From: Paragordius varius
Lineage: Eukaryota > Animalia > Nematomorpha
Assembly: GCA_964247055.1 (NCBI GenBank)
Contig: OZ176055.1
Span: 9,796,001 to 9,860,000, forward strand
Direction of reading: 5' to 3'
DNA length: 64,000 nucleotides
This document shows positions 51,154 to 64,000 of the stretch, one piece after another (the first letter of the stretch is position 1; every line of letters begins with the position of its first letter). The notes under the pieces were generated by a model. It did no database searches, was not told the origin of the DNA, and worked only from the letters and a program-made list of their open reading frames with translations. The position numbers and the translations under genes are program-made.

Positions 51154-52306
51154 CCAGGTGTAGTCAAAAGTTTTATCAATTTTTTTTGTAAAACACGGAA
51201 AGTGATTGCATTATATATTTTATTCAATCTATTTTTTATCGGCTAATTGCCCATCTCTCAGGTAATATATAAATAAAATGTCTAAAAAACTGATTATTTT
51301 TTGCAAAAAAGCATTCTTCAACCATTTTTCAACGTCCTAGAAATTATTGAGTGTTGCTCTGCGGGTGATGATATTGATGCGAAGAGGTAAAATTCGAATG
51401 ACGGTGGATCACAAGGGTACGCTGGATGCAGAATAGTTTCTCAACGAAGCGATTTTAAGGTGCATTTTTTAGTTTTGCTGTGTGAGACCGAGCATTGTCA
51501 TGTATCAAAATCACTTTGTCATATCTCCTAGCCAATTTCGGTCGTTTTTTGACTAATTATCATTTGTTTGTTGATGGAAGAGTTGTGTATCAGCTGTTTC
51601 ACCCGGCAAAAGTTATAAACAATACCGCCTATCCCCCAGACACAGACGATGATCCATTGCCAAAGCGACTCGCCTTGGTACCGAGGGATCGGTTTGGCAA
51701 CGGGAGAGAACGCGATTTCGCTTTGGATTAATTAAATAAGCCTCTCATCACCCGTCAAATAACGATTAGAAATAATACTTTCGGGACGTTGATTTGACAA
51801 TTCATTTCGCAATTTCCATTTTCACACTTCCTTCAAATTGTTGTACCCATTTATAAAATTTATTGGTTCTTTCCATTGATTGCAAACGTCGCCTGATTGT
51901 TTATTTGTGATACTTATAATTTTTCTTCCAATCGGCCGTTGAATTTGAGTTGGGTCATTACTAAATATTCCTGTACATTTCTCTTCACAGTTGTGTGATA
52001 GCGCCCATTTTATTAAATATTAAACATGTTTCACAAGTTTTTAGCAATGAAGCATTTTCAATAAGTTTTACCAGTAATCGATGACTTTAAACAGCCTTTT
52101 TATTTTAATAAAATGATAAAAGCAATACGTGCTGCAAATGTCCTAGGTAAGAAATTCGAAATGATTACTGAATGATAAATATTAGTTGGTGTTTGATGGA
52201 GTCATCTTGTGTGTCTTGTCAGATAAAAATGGCGCTTGGGTCAATCATCTGCGCACCTTTCGCTGACGTCTCTCAATTAAACCGAATGACGTATGACTCT
52301 ACCTGG
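51154..52306 (-). mobile_element. Degenerate mariner upstream of A3
   Basis: TA|CCAGGTGTAGTCAAAAG ... GTATGACTCTACCTGG|TA; paralog of 35011-36134. Confidence 0.88.
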
Positions 52307-54566
52307 TATATGTTCACACTTTTATATATTGTTATTTCATGCATAAATTTGGTTGATGTAAATTTAGATTTAACTTTTTGGAAAGTAAGTATATAAAATG
52401 GCTCTTTGTGAACAAGCTTATTTCAAGAATGAAAGTCATATGTAATATCAATGATTGCACTCGTCCACAAGGTTTTGCAACACCCCGTTTTTTTGCATTT
52501 TCTGTTAACTAATGCTGGAACCAAAAAAAATTGAGGGCCTCAATAAATTTGTTTATTATGTAATTAATTTAAAAAAATAGTTTTTTCGTGTAGATATGTT
52601 TATATATCTAAACGAATAAGTCGATAATGAGATTTCACAGGCAGGAATTTCATTAAAATTTTAAAATATAGAAATTAATGCTATATCAATTATTTCAAAT
52701 GCATACACTAAATGAATTCCAATTTTTTGTATGTCATATCGTTATATATTGATACAAATGTTGTGTTATAAAATGAAATATACTTTTACTAATACAACAC
52801 AACTGTTTTTATAAAGAAAAAGAGTATAAGAGTATCTTCTGTTAGATAGGTTACTAAGATATGGTTAGAATCTATAAATGAAAAGTTGATTTCCATGTTA
52901 AAATATAACTACTGGATCATAGTCCCCAAAATTATTTCTTTTATTAGACAACATTATTCTTTTATTGCTTTTAAATCATGTTCATATTCCTTTTTGTGTT
53001 CTGGGTCAAAATTTACTGTATCATTAATATCCTACAAATTCAAAATATACCGCATCCAATTATATTTGAATAGATAATATCCACTAGGTAAAATTAAGAA
53101 TATTTTGAAAGCCGATGTTTTAAACCATAGAATGTTTCTTTAGTATTTTTTAAAATACATATATACATGACTTAGCTTTGGAAAAACCTTTATACCCGTA
53201 AAATTTTTTCTTTAATATTTAAATGACATATTTATGTGCAGAAGATAGAGTTTAAAATGTTTTATTAAATGACATAATTTTTATAATACAATAATTTTTT
53301 ATTATAAAGTTATATTTGTTATTTTCTCTTGTTTCAAAAAATTGAAAAACCCGTAATATCTAGAAATTCTGATTGAAGGATCAAAAATTTTTCCAATTTG
53401 GTTTAGGAAACTGAAATTGTCTAAAATTAATTTTTTTAGTGATTTTGCTTGAAAAAGTTTAAATTTCTTGACTTATTGTTTTTATATTTGAAAATAAATT
53501 ATAAGTGAAACAGCCCAAACACATTATTGAAAGCAAACATTTTTAAAAATTTGTAGCTTTACTATTATTCAGCGGCATCCTCGAATTTCTTAGTAAAAGT
53601 GTTATTTAATATTTTTGATTCTATATCGGATTTTTAAAATTTGCCTTTTTAATAATTTTTTATTAATGCATTATGTCAGTGGTGATCACCAAAATAATAT
53701 CCCGCGTCCCTTCATAGTGCGGGCAACTATTATTAATACCGACTCTAGCAATATATAAATATGGTAAATTATATTGTATAAATGGTGATATGCTTGTTTT
53801 TTTATTCATATTGCCACTAAATTCATACATAATATTGTGTGTTAGCCGCAATATGTACCGCTAATGTTTACATGAATTATTAAAATATTTTTTGAAACAT
53901 CTGTGGCCAGAAAGAATCAGTTTGAGAGCAGGGCCACGGTATGAATACCACTTAGGCTATAGAATTATTTTTTAATTTTTAAAATATTTAATGTACAAAT
54001 TTTTTTGGGTCGGCACCAAATAATATAGTGTTAATTTTTTTGTTCAATACTGTGATTTTAAAATTTGAGTAAAAACATTAAATTAAGAGGCTTTATTCTT
54101 GGATAAAAGTCATATAATCTCGGTACTGAATTTTTTTTTTAAAAATTCGAGCAAAGATTCACAAACAATGTCTGCAAATTATATAGTAAATTGATTGACG
54201 ATATCTACTTCGTTTTCTGACATAGAATTATCAATATACCTCTAGATCCAGAAATCCTAAACTTCCTGAATTAATCATATAACTGGAAAACTTTTTGTCC
54301 GTTTTACTATAGCGGGAAACTTGGTTAAATTATAATTACATATTACTTTTATGTATTATAGATTTAAATATATTTAGCCAGGAATAAAATACCATTTATA
54401 CTGGCATAGGATAAGACATTTTGTATAGATAAAAATTTCTAGCAACCGATTTGCTTGTAGATTTATATTAAATAAAGTTTTCATTAATTAAATTATTAAA
54501 AGTTTTAAATATCCCGCATATCTTATTAGCATAGCATTTAATAGCAAAATTAATTTAAAGAAGTGG

Positions 54567-54707
54567 TCAAATGAAATCCAAATATTTTCTGACATCAATG
54601 TAAAAAGACACTCTCAATTCCGGGTCGGATTCAACGGCTAGCTGAGAAGCTACACCGAACACTTTATTATTGCAAACGAGAGGTCCTCCACTATCACCCT
54701 ATAAATG

Positions 54708-54741
<34 letters not shown>

Positions 54742-57700
54742 GCAACGTTTTTAAAAGTATCCCTCCCCAAAATCTCATAAACTAATGATGGACATAAAGT
54801 TAGTACGATTTGATAACTTACTGGTTCGGAACCGCCCCAATTGTCATTAGCTCTGCCACAAACTTTGTTGTCCAAATTTAATATTCCAGCATGGATTCTT
54901 TGCCTAACCATTTCTATGTTACTGCATGCGGCTTGATCTAAATGATTCAATTCAACAGTCCTGAGTTGAGCTACAAAAAATTATTAGGGAAAATAATAAC
55001 ATTATACCATTTACGATTTAATTTTACCCTTGTACAATTCCCCCGAAAAATAAATTATGTGTTTTCGTACTTGTATAACTCATTATTAATATGAAATAAT
55101 TTTTTATAGCTTAGTTTATTATTTTTTCAGTATTAATCTAATTTTATACAAAATACCATTATTTAAAAAAATATAAAAAAATATAAGTGATTTTTAATTT
55201 TAAAAAACGCATAATTTATATTTGGGTGAATTTAAATAATTCCAGGGTGAATTTGAATTGGTTAAGGGTGATTTTTTGTATATTCTACATTTTACACAAC
55301 TTTATTTAATTTTAATATCTTAACAACATGTGAATTTACATCAATACATCCAAGAGAAATCTTTGAGGGAATCATCATTTTATATCCATGCATGAAAATC
55401 AAGCATACAAAAGTTTTTAAGCATAACGTTCAAGCAAACTAGATTTAAAAATCGCATTAGCCGTCAATTTATAAAAATAATTACGAAATGCAGGTCCCCA
55501 TCCATATGCATAACATTTGCCAGAAACTGTTTCTAGTCTAGTGGGCAAAGGCATATATGATAATCCCGATAAGGGTGCGGCCAATTTCAAAATTGCGATA
55601 TCATTTCTTTGCAGGTTAGGATTATAATTTGGATGTGGGTAAATTTTTCTAACTGGTACAGTAAGTCCAGTTTGAGAAATATCATTAACACCCGCTTTTA
55701 AAATTATCCTAGATACCCTTCTAAAATACAACATATAAAGTATGGTTTTAAGTTTAAAGTATATATATATATATATAGCAGATAAGGGCTTATAAACATT
55801 GTGCACAAAATCGGGGTGTATTTTCGGAAAGGGCAAAATTTCCGCACATTAAGCTAAATATATTTTTGGTGAAAACTAAATGCCCCAACATATCATATTC
55901 TATATTCAAGAACAACAAAATTTTCTATAATTTCAGTTTTTAAATGTGGAAAGAAAATTTTCGGCCACTTCCACACTGGGCTAGTTTTTTAACGCATAAA
56001 TGCCGAGATTTTGCCATAACAATTTATATTACATGCCAGATTATGACATCAAGTATTTTTTTAAAAAAAATGCATACGTTTAATTCATTGTTATGCACCG
56101 TATTATATGTATTTCAGAGCATAAACGACACTTTATATTACCTTTTCGATATAAATGATGGATCTAAACAATCTATTATCTCAAAATTTTTAAAACATTT
56201 GTTTGTTAAATATATTTTTTGTAAAAAAAACTTTTATATTTAAATTAAATTTACAGACGAACAAATCCTTTAATCAAAATTCTGAAATGATAGAAATGTT
56301 AAGCATCATCGAATTATATAAAAGATGTGTATTCATAATAAACTGTTTCTGACTGAATACTTACCGGTCACCTAAATTTTTCTAAAAATCGATTTTTGAA
56401 TTTTTTAGATGATGTCATAATTACCATATATTAAATATTCTCATAAAAAATTCAGCTGTTTTGCGTTTTTAAGAAAACTAGCCCAAAATTTAAGACTTTC
56501 AGAGCTCACATCTAAATATTTAAATTTTACAAAAATATTGTATATGACTTTGTTAAGGATATTTTTGAATGAAACCTTTAACTACCAAAAAGATTTTTAG
56601 CATATTGTGCCCAAATTTTGCGATTTTTTGATATAAGACCCAATACCAAAAGCAGCATAAGAATCCTGATACATTTTTCCATGAGAAAATCTATATTTCA
56701 CCAATATATTTTTTGACACTAAGTAATTGGGTATTAAAACTTTATGACTAATTTAGGTATAATATTTAGACAAACTTACAATCGATATACGCAATGTGCT
56801 GCCGTTAGGATGGTGGTGGGATTAAGAAAGGTGCCAACACATCGGTCATCAAGCAAATTCAAATATACCTTTAAGATTGCCCCATAAATGAAATTAAAAT
56901 TATTGTAGAACAAAAAAGGAGCATTATAAAAAAATATTTTACGACGTAGGTGGTCGGAATGGTTACAATAGAGCCTCCTGCTATCATCAAAGCTAATATG
57001 TAAAAAATCGAAAATATAAAAAAACAGCCAAAACAATTGTTTAAAAGGATCATGCAATATATTTATTATTGATAAGGTGTAAAACCTAAGAGCGGCATTT
57101 AAAAAGACAAATGGTAGTTTTTAACAATCCATCACATTTTTTAATTATATTTTTTGCTTATACAGAAAAACATATATATGCACTAAAAATCTAATTTTAA
57201 CGAAGACAAACCTATTTTTAAACCGATATTTTAAATATAACTTATTGTTTTAAAAATAAGGAATAGAAATAAATTCACAAATAAAAATCTTAAGATTGTA
57301 ACTTTTAGATTATAGAAATATATATAAAATTGGCTTTGTGTTGACGTTTTGACTGAATAACTTAAATTTAGTTTTTATAACTTAAATAAACTGGCTTAAT
57401 AATGACACTATGTGTAACAACCCGTTAATGTACCTGACTTCACTTAGACTATTTACAAAAAATATGATTGGAACTTTATAATCTTTACTTCTTAATTTGC
57501 GACTCGAGATGTTAATTTCGTCTTTAGTTTAAATTTACCCCTATTATTTTAGATTACAATTTATAAAAGTTGGATCTTTGTAAATTAAATCTTGTATAAC
57601 AAAAACGATGGTCAGCTCTAACGCATACATACATATCCCTAATATGTCGTTTAAAACCATATTTTAGGGTTTATTAGTCTAACAACATTATTTATATTAT

Positions 57701-57847
57701 ATTGATTTATTATATTATATAAGTATCCATACCTCTGGCTTTTTTCATGGTCGTTGAATTGACTCCATTTCCATTTGACCGGGAAGCACAATCGCAATTT
57801 TTAAAATTGATAATTATAAAAATTACAAATAAAGATTTAAGTAACAT
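54567..57847 (-). CDS. S1A serine protease copy B3, 256 aa, 6 exons (C-terminus 4 residues shorter than B1/B2)
   Basis: Exons 57847-57733, 56992-56943, 56868-56780, 55720-55485, 54970-54822, 54698-54567; CGA changed to TGA at 54569-54567, four codons before the ancestral TAA (54555); triad intact. Confidence 0.88.
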
Positions 57848-58401
57848 TTCGACTCAAATAAAGAAAAATTTTATTAAAATAATTTGGCCTTTATCAATTA
57901 CCAATAATGAAAAAATAAGGTTATCAAATATAGATAAAATAAAATGACTGTTTTGTATGACCTTAAGAAAGAGTTTTAAATTACTTCTATAAACATGGCT
58001 AAATGTTAACAATATTTAGCCTTTCAAATTTGAAGCTATAACAATCTTTTTACAAAGGAAATGAAAAGTATTTGGTCAATATTGATTTTGGTATAATGTA
58101 ATAGGTTATAACCGATCTTGTTTCATAAATTTGATATAACGTTGCATGAAAATACAAGAAATAATAATTTCGCATTATTATGGCTTCTTTGTTTTAATAA
58201 TTTTTTGTTAAATATAAAATAAATTTTTCGGAACCTATACGTGTATTTTGCAAAGCTGTCAATAGAGTTGGTGCAAAAAAAGGTAAAAAGCATTTTAACG
58301 CTGATACCAGATCGAAATTACATTGTTTATATAATGTATATTAAATGGTTTAAACATGAAACCCTTTTATCTGTGCTTAATAAAACCATTAAATCATAGT
58401 A

Positions 58402-59490
58402 CCAGGTGTAGTCATAAATCTTTACTACACTATTTTAAAGGCAGTTATGTATTTATTAAAATCCATTGGCTCCTTCTGTGCATCCTCATTTCTCGGGTAA
58501 TATATGAATGCCGTGCTAGAAAAATTAATTGTCTTTTGCAGCAAACCTGTCGAGCCATTTTTCAACGTCTTTGAAACTCTTGAAGTGCTGCAGTTCTGTT
58601 AGTCAAATGGCGCCAGATCAGGCAAGTTGACCGGATTCGAAAGAATTTCCAAAGCGATTTCAAGGTGTTTTTCCTTGGTTTTACTGTGTGATACGGAGCA
58701 TTGTCATGTAGAAAAATAACTTTGCTGTGTCTCCCGTTCCGAGAGTTTTTCTAGTAATATATTGTGTAAATTAATCATTTGATGGCAGTATAGCGTTGTG
58801 TATTAACTCTTTTACTCGGCTTCAAAAGTCATAATGCACAATAGAACTGGCACCAGTCACAGAGCATAATCTTGCCAAAGTGATTTGGTGTTGATGGACC
58901 GGCTTGGCAAGGTAAGATGCACGATTTTTTCCTCGTTGGATTTACACATCGCACTTTTCATAACCCGTCAAAACTTAAATCCATGATTTCCTTTCATGGA
59001 AGGTAATCAAAATTTTACAACTCATTTTCAAATTTTTTGCTTTGGCCATCATTCGAATGCAACCCATTTACCGAGTTTACTGGTCATTCTCATTGCTTGT
59101 AGAGGTCTACTGATTTTTTTTGTGATACATGTAATGTTTATCCGATTGTCGTGGAGTTTGAACTGAGTCATTATCTAATACACCGCATTGTGTTTACAGT
59201 TGCGTGGTTTATTAGAGCGCTCACTCACTTTCAAATTAAAATATCATTGTCTAAATTTTCGAACCATTCTCACATGTTTTATTCGATGTACATGTGCACC
59301 ATACGTTTCTTTCAACAGTCGACGACTATCAACAGCTTTTTTCCTATAAAAAAAAGTAATGGTGCAATTTTTTAAGCACAAAATTCGACCTGATATTTAA
59401 TCATAAATTTAGCTCTGTATATAATTGTAATCTGCGTACTTTTCGCGTCTTTTCGTAGCTAAACCGGTAGTGACTTATAACTACACCTGG
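58402..59490 (-). mobile_element. Degenerate mariner upstream of B3
   Basis: TA|CCAGGTGTAGTCATAAATC ... ACTTATAACTACACCTGG; paralog of 17730-19424 without the MITE. Confidence 0.88.
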
Positions 59491-59584
59491 TTGTGTATTG
59501 AAAATAAAGATACAAATATTTTAAAGCAGGAATTTCAATCAAATAAAAATATAAAAATCACCTTAGCTTTTAATCCATAATAAA

Positions 59585-61441
59585 ACTTACAAAACGCAGT
59601 CCCCATCCATAGGCATAAAATTCGCCTGAAACTCTTTCTCTATGGGCAATGACATATATAAACTCGATAAGGGTTGAGCTAACTTTGAAATTGCGATATA
59701 ATTTCGTTGCATGTTAGAATTATAAATTGGATGATGGTATTTTTATAACTGGTACAGTTTGTCCAGGTCGAGAAAAATTAAACACACCGTTGTTTACAGT
59801 TATTCTACAGTTCTAAAATATAACACAAATTAACACTTGGTTTAAATTCTCTATGGCATATCTATTTTTGAGAAAACTTACAACATATAAACGCAATGCG
59901 AGCGCAGAAAAAGCGCACTGCTAAAAATTTAATATGATGATTAACAAAAGAGTTTTTTTAAAAAAATTTAAAAGCAGTTTGTTGCTCAATTATGCGCATT
60001 GCTAATATATATTTAAAAAAAATTCTCCGATTAAATCAACTGCACTTATTATTAAGCAAAGTTATTAAATTTTGATGATGCTCTTTTAATAATTTAATAT
60101 TTTTTGCATAAATATTTAAAAAAAGGGTTTTATTAATTAATTGTATCAAAATTTTCAACCGCTATAGTTATATGAGTCAATGTAATATTAATATTATTAG
60201 AAATTATCAAGGAATTCGAAATAAAATTGGTTGGTGTTTAATATCGTATTGGAAATTTAATACAGTCAAATCTATTTTTGTGCAGAGTTTTTTGAGTCTT
60301 ATTACAATCTCTTTCTGTCCGTCAACCATTATGACTTTGTACTCGATTTTTCAACAAAGAAAATTAATTTTAAAAATTTTATAAATTTTAGAACTTTAAA
60401 TGATAAATTTTTAAAAATAGTCTTTTTCATTATTTTTATCCAATGCTATAAGAGGTAATTTGCGGATTTTCGCCCCACAAAAATAATTCTTTGTATTTTA
60501 TGTCGAGCAATAATAGTTGACAATACATCTAAATATTTTTTTGCGCGATATCCTGTACCAGACAAGGTTTGACTGTATATTAAACATTGGTATAATCGTA
60601 TGTAAAAAATGCCAAACTAAAAAAATTTATCAATTTTTTAATTGTTTATTCTTTTTTTGGTTAGTAAAATTCAATTAGATGAAATAATTTTTTTTGATAT
60701 TTTGGATTACAATGACCATTTTTAAATAATTTATGATTGTTAGAACAAACCCAATAATTTAGATATTACTAAATATTGTTCTATTTTATCCATTCCATTT
60801 CAGAAGATAAAAATAACTTGTGTTCTATATTAAATTTTTTATAATGGCTAAGTTGAATAGGGTAAACATGAACAAAAAGTTAGCTTCAATAACCAGCCGC
60901 AATAATATAAAAAATTTTTGAATAATATTTAAAAATTTCAAAATGATGTTATGATCAAAAATTATGTCGGCGGGTGGCCGACGATTATCGGACGCTACAC
61001 CCTTTACTTATTGCATCTATATAACACATTTACAGTCATTTATTATTAGATTTAACTGTTACATATGTTAGTTTAGGCCTACCTTTTCAAATTTTACTGT
61101 GGTAGTTTTAAAATTCACCCACCCATATATTCATAAAGTTTTTACTTGTCCAAAACAATTTTCAGTTCTCAGGCGTATTTTACAACACATAGGTCGCAGC
61201 TAAAATGTCGTTCGAAATCCTATTTATTTTGGATTCGAGTTTTTTAATGGGTCCGTAAAATTTATTTGGATATTTTTTCCATTTATATCGATAACTTAAT
61301 GTAATTTACCATACCCCTGGCTTTTTTGAGCGTTTTTTAATTGGATACGTTATGTCTCACACAAGTTTTAACCTCGATGCACAATCTTATCTTTTTAAAT
61401 TATTAATAAGCAATATCACAACAAAATACTTAAGGAACATT
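59585..61441 (-). pseudogene. Degenerate protease copy C3
   Basis: Exon 4 relic 59585-59815 (Asp102 changed to Tyr, QRNYIAISKL); truncated exon 3 at about 59880-59900; exon 1 61314-61441 with stops. Confidence 0.75.
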
Positions 61442-61970
61442 TTTTGACACTAATTTTGAAAAAAAAAATAAAATACTGAATACTAAATTATTTGCGCTTT
61501 TGTTTATTTAATGTTATAAATTAACTACAATTTTATATGACCTTCATTGGGCCATTTACAAAGATATTATGTGATACTGTTAAAATTTCTTTGCAATATT
61601 GACATTTAGTAAAAACTATGCCATAGTAGAAACCCTTTTCTTGTTCACATTTATTATTATATAATGAAATGAACAATTGCATAATCGGTCAATATTGATT
61701 TTGGTAACATTTTATTAGGGAGTTAATAGCTTGCCGAAATTATGTAACATTACATGAAAAGCAAAAGAAATAATTTATTGCGCAATAAACTAATCATCTC
61801 AACTCAATTTTTTATCTATGGATTTAATTTTATTAGTTACAAATTGGAATGTGTATTTAAACAAAGTTCTTTGATAATGTCAGTTGGTAATTAGTCATTA
61901 CCGGTTTAACTAATATAAGACGTGAGCGAAAGGTAAGACTATAATTAGATAAAGACCATTCTGTTCATCA

Positions 61971-62030
61971 CAGGGGTGTCCAACGGGTGGTTCCGGAGCC
62001 ACATGTGGCTCTTCGAAAACTTTGAATGCC
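61971..62030 (+). mobile_element. Single hAT (Charlie-type) terminal fragment
   Basis: CAGGGGTGTCCAAC followed by GGAGCCACATGTGGCTC, typical of hAT ends; partner end not found. Confidence 0.5.
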
Positions 62031-63174
62031 TCTTTAAAAAAAATTTGTAAAAAGTAAAAATCAAATTGATTAGCATAATTTTTTTTTATATATTATTTTT
62101 TTTTCATCACATTCATTTAATCATTTATTCCTTTGCAATCTGAAAATCTTCAGAATACTTGCCCGCTGGTAAATTTTTTTGGTTATTTAGTGAAATAGCT
62201 TTTGAAAACCACAGTCCCATTTTTAATATAGCAATACCCATATTATTGGAGTTATAATTACGTATTCGAAAATATATACAATTGGTAAACTTTTTTGATA
62301 TTGGGGACTTATAGTCATTTTTAAGATATTAATTTTTGGGAATTAATTTCATAATACTTATATTTCTAATTATTTTTCAATAAAGTGGAGGTTGCCAACT
62401 TTTTTTGACGCCCTACCAAATTGAAAATTAAAATTCTTGCCCCCTCCCCCTCTCAAAGAAATCCAAGTAAAAAATGTAAAATTCATTTTAATATTATAAA
62501 AACCTATTCAATGAGATCCTTTTGAATGGACCTACAAAACGTCTTTAAAAGTAAAAATTTTAGAGACTTCCAGTTTTTTTAAAAAAATCCCGATACGGGA
62601 TGGGCAAAACGCAGGAACTAATTAAAAGGGCTTAGGCCCTGTCCGCGTATTTATAAAATAATTGATTTTAGAATCGGCTGCTTATGTGTTTTCCCCAAGC
62701 GTTACGCCTCTTATTTTTATCAACACTTCATGACCTTTTTACCTTTTCCGCAATGACCTATTGGGAGAGTTTTATATCTTAGAGCTCAATTTTGTAAATA
62801 AACTACAGTTTAAGTTAATTTAGTTAAAATTTAATTATCAAACACTGTGGACATGTATTAGATATAAGCATATATTTTTTACAGTTGTGGCTTTTAGACT
62901 CAAATTTTCGATAGCTCCAAAACACGATTGAAACAAACAGTTGAAGTTAAAATCAATCGATAGCTAATGCTGGTAATACGTAGCCTGGAAGCTATTTAAA
63001 ATTATTTTTTTACATTTAACCATAATGAAATTTATTTTCCCTTTGCATTAGCAATTTAACACTTCAATTTTGTGTTTAAAGGCCCAAGACCATTTTTAAA
63101 TCAGTATTTTTAAAAAATTTACCGAATAGAATTTTAATTTAAATTTATTTCTATCCTAACATAAATTATATTAA

Positions 63175-63724
63175 CGCTTGGATACAACACATTCATTTCG
63201 GTCCTTCAATTCTAATTGGGGCTGTTGGATACCCTAGGCCTGTAAAATATAACTTAAAAAATATAAATTGAATCCACACGGTAAAAAATTGCACTTATAT
63301 AACATTAATTACCGAAATAATAAAAAAGTTCATTCAAAAATACTTGAAATTACTTTTTTTAAAGTAAAACCCAAAGGCAAAAATTTAGTCAACATGACAT
63401 CTGTGTATTAGCTAAATTTAGAAATAATAAAAACAAACTACCTTTTCTGTTTCTATCAAATGTTAGATGTGATTAAATAAATAGTTATCTTTAAATATAG
63501 CGTTATATTCAAATAAACTCAATATTTTGCAAAAATGGTGTATAATAAAAAGCGTCGAAGTAGTTTGATACGGAACTTTTTTTTCACAACTAAATTTTAT
63601 TAAAATTTTGGCTTATTTATATATTTTCTATTTGGAATTTAAATTAAGACCGTTTCTTTCATTAGTTCTTTAATATATACTTAAATATAGTCTGTGTTTA
63701 GATATCTCAATTTGAATCGAAGTG
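63175..63724 (-). mobile_element. piggyBac-like MITE (family 1), nested at an internal TTAA of an older + strand copy (left end about 63060-63170)
   Basis: TTAA at 63171-63174 and 63725-63728; the same nested arrangement appears truncated at about 24457-24700 and 27925-28370. Confidence 0.8.
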
Positions 63725-64000
63725 TTAATAAGCCAAAATATTTAAATTCAGTTATTTAAAAGGGTTCCATACACAGTCTCCACAAAAAATAATATATTAA
63801 AATAGTTATATAAACTGATAGGAAAATTATCAGGATTATCATGGTGCTTTTGGTTTTGGTTCCTAGTTATATAAGTTATTTACGCTCTTGTAGTAAATCC
63901 TATCAGAAAATCTCAAAATTTGCGCACATTTATTAATTCATTACCTTTTCACCTTTTTATACTAGTTTACAATTTGGGGTAGCAGGGCTCAATTTTGTAA

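Larger units (their letters stand above)
47885..64000. repeat. Segmental duplication unit 3 (deleted A3-mariner-B3-mariner-C3), running to the window end
   Basis: Colinear with units 1 and 2. Confidence 0.8.

Noticed and set aside
51495-51731. Plus-strand ORFs over GC-richer patches (also 43554, 44099, 58356)
   Set aside because: They overlap the antisense strand of the degenerate mariner transposase
61971-62015. GC-rich hairpin as a possible tRNA or ncRNA
   Set aside because: No cloverleaf or A/B boxes; better explained as a hAT terminus
1-64000. Assigning a taxon (flatworm, myxozoan, arthropod or other)
   Set aside because: AT-richness, TE content and protease features are compatible with several lineages; a BLAST of GCP2 is needed

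Overview
AT-rich eukaryotic (metazoan-type) genomic DNA with GT-AG introns and the standard genetic code; the organism cannot be identified from sequence alone. The left end carries an intronless gamma-tubulin complex component 2 gene (TUBGCP2/Spc97, + strand, about 2508-5330). The rest is a tandem segmental triplication (units about 5.8-29.8 kb, 29.8-47.9 kb and 47.9 kb to the end) of a block of three paralogous six-exon chymotrypsin-fold (S1A) serine protease genes on the minus strand, here called types A, B and C. Manual splicing gives three essentially intact genes: A1 7349-10355 (275 aa), B2 38125-42960 (273 aa) and B3 54567-57847 (256 aa). B1 has a 1-nt homopolymer frameshift, A2 a single nonsense codon, A3 has lost exons 2-6, and the C copies are degenerate. 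The proteases keep the His/Asp/Ser triad but are atypical: no Cys191-Cys220 bridge, Glu/Gln in place of Trp215, Val/Leu216 and Ser226 (elastase-like S1 pocket), a variable residue 192, and a KKAR-ALM-IAGG activation junction. The array is rich in DNA-transposon relics: Mos1-like mariners fixed upstream of the promoters, a TTAA piggyBac-like MITE with several filled/empty site pairs, a SPIN/Charlie-like hAT and its MITEs, TA-flanked Tc1/mariner MITEs and a long-TIR element. It also shows patchwork paralog similarity, two repeated blocks that look like unidentified coding relics, and a conserved promoter module.
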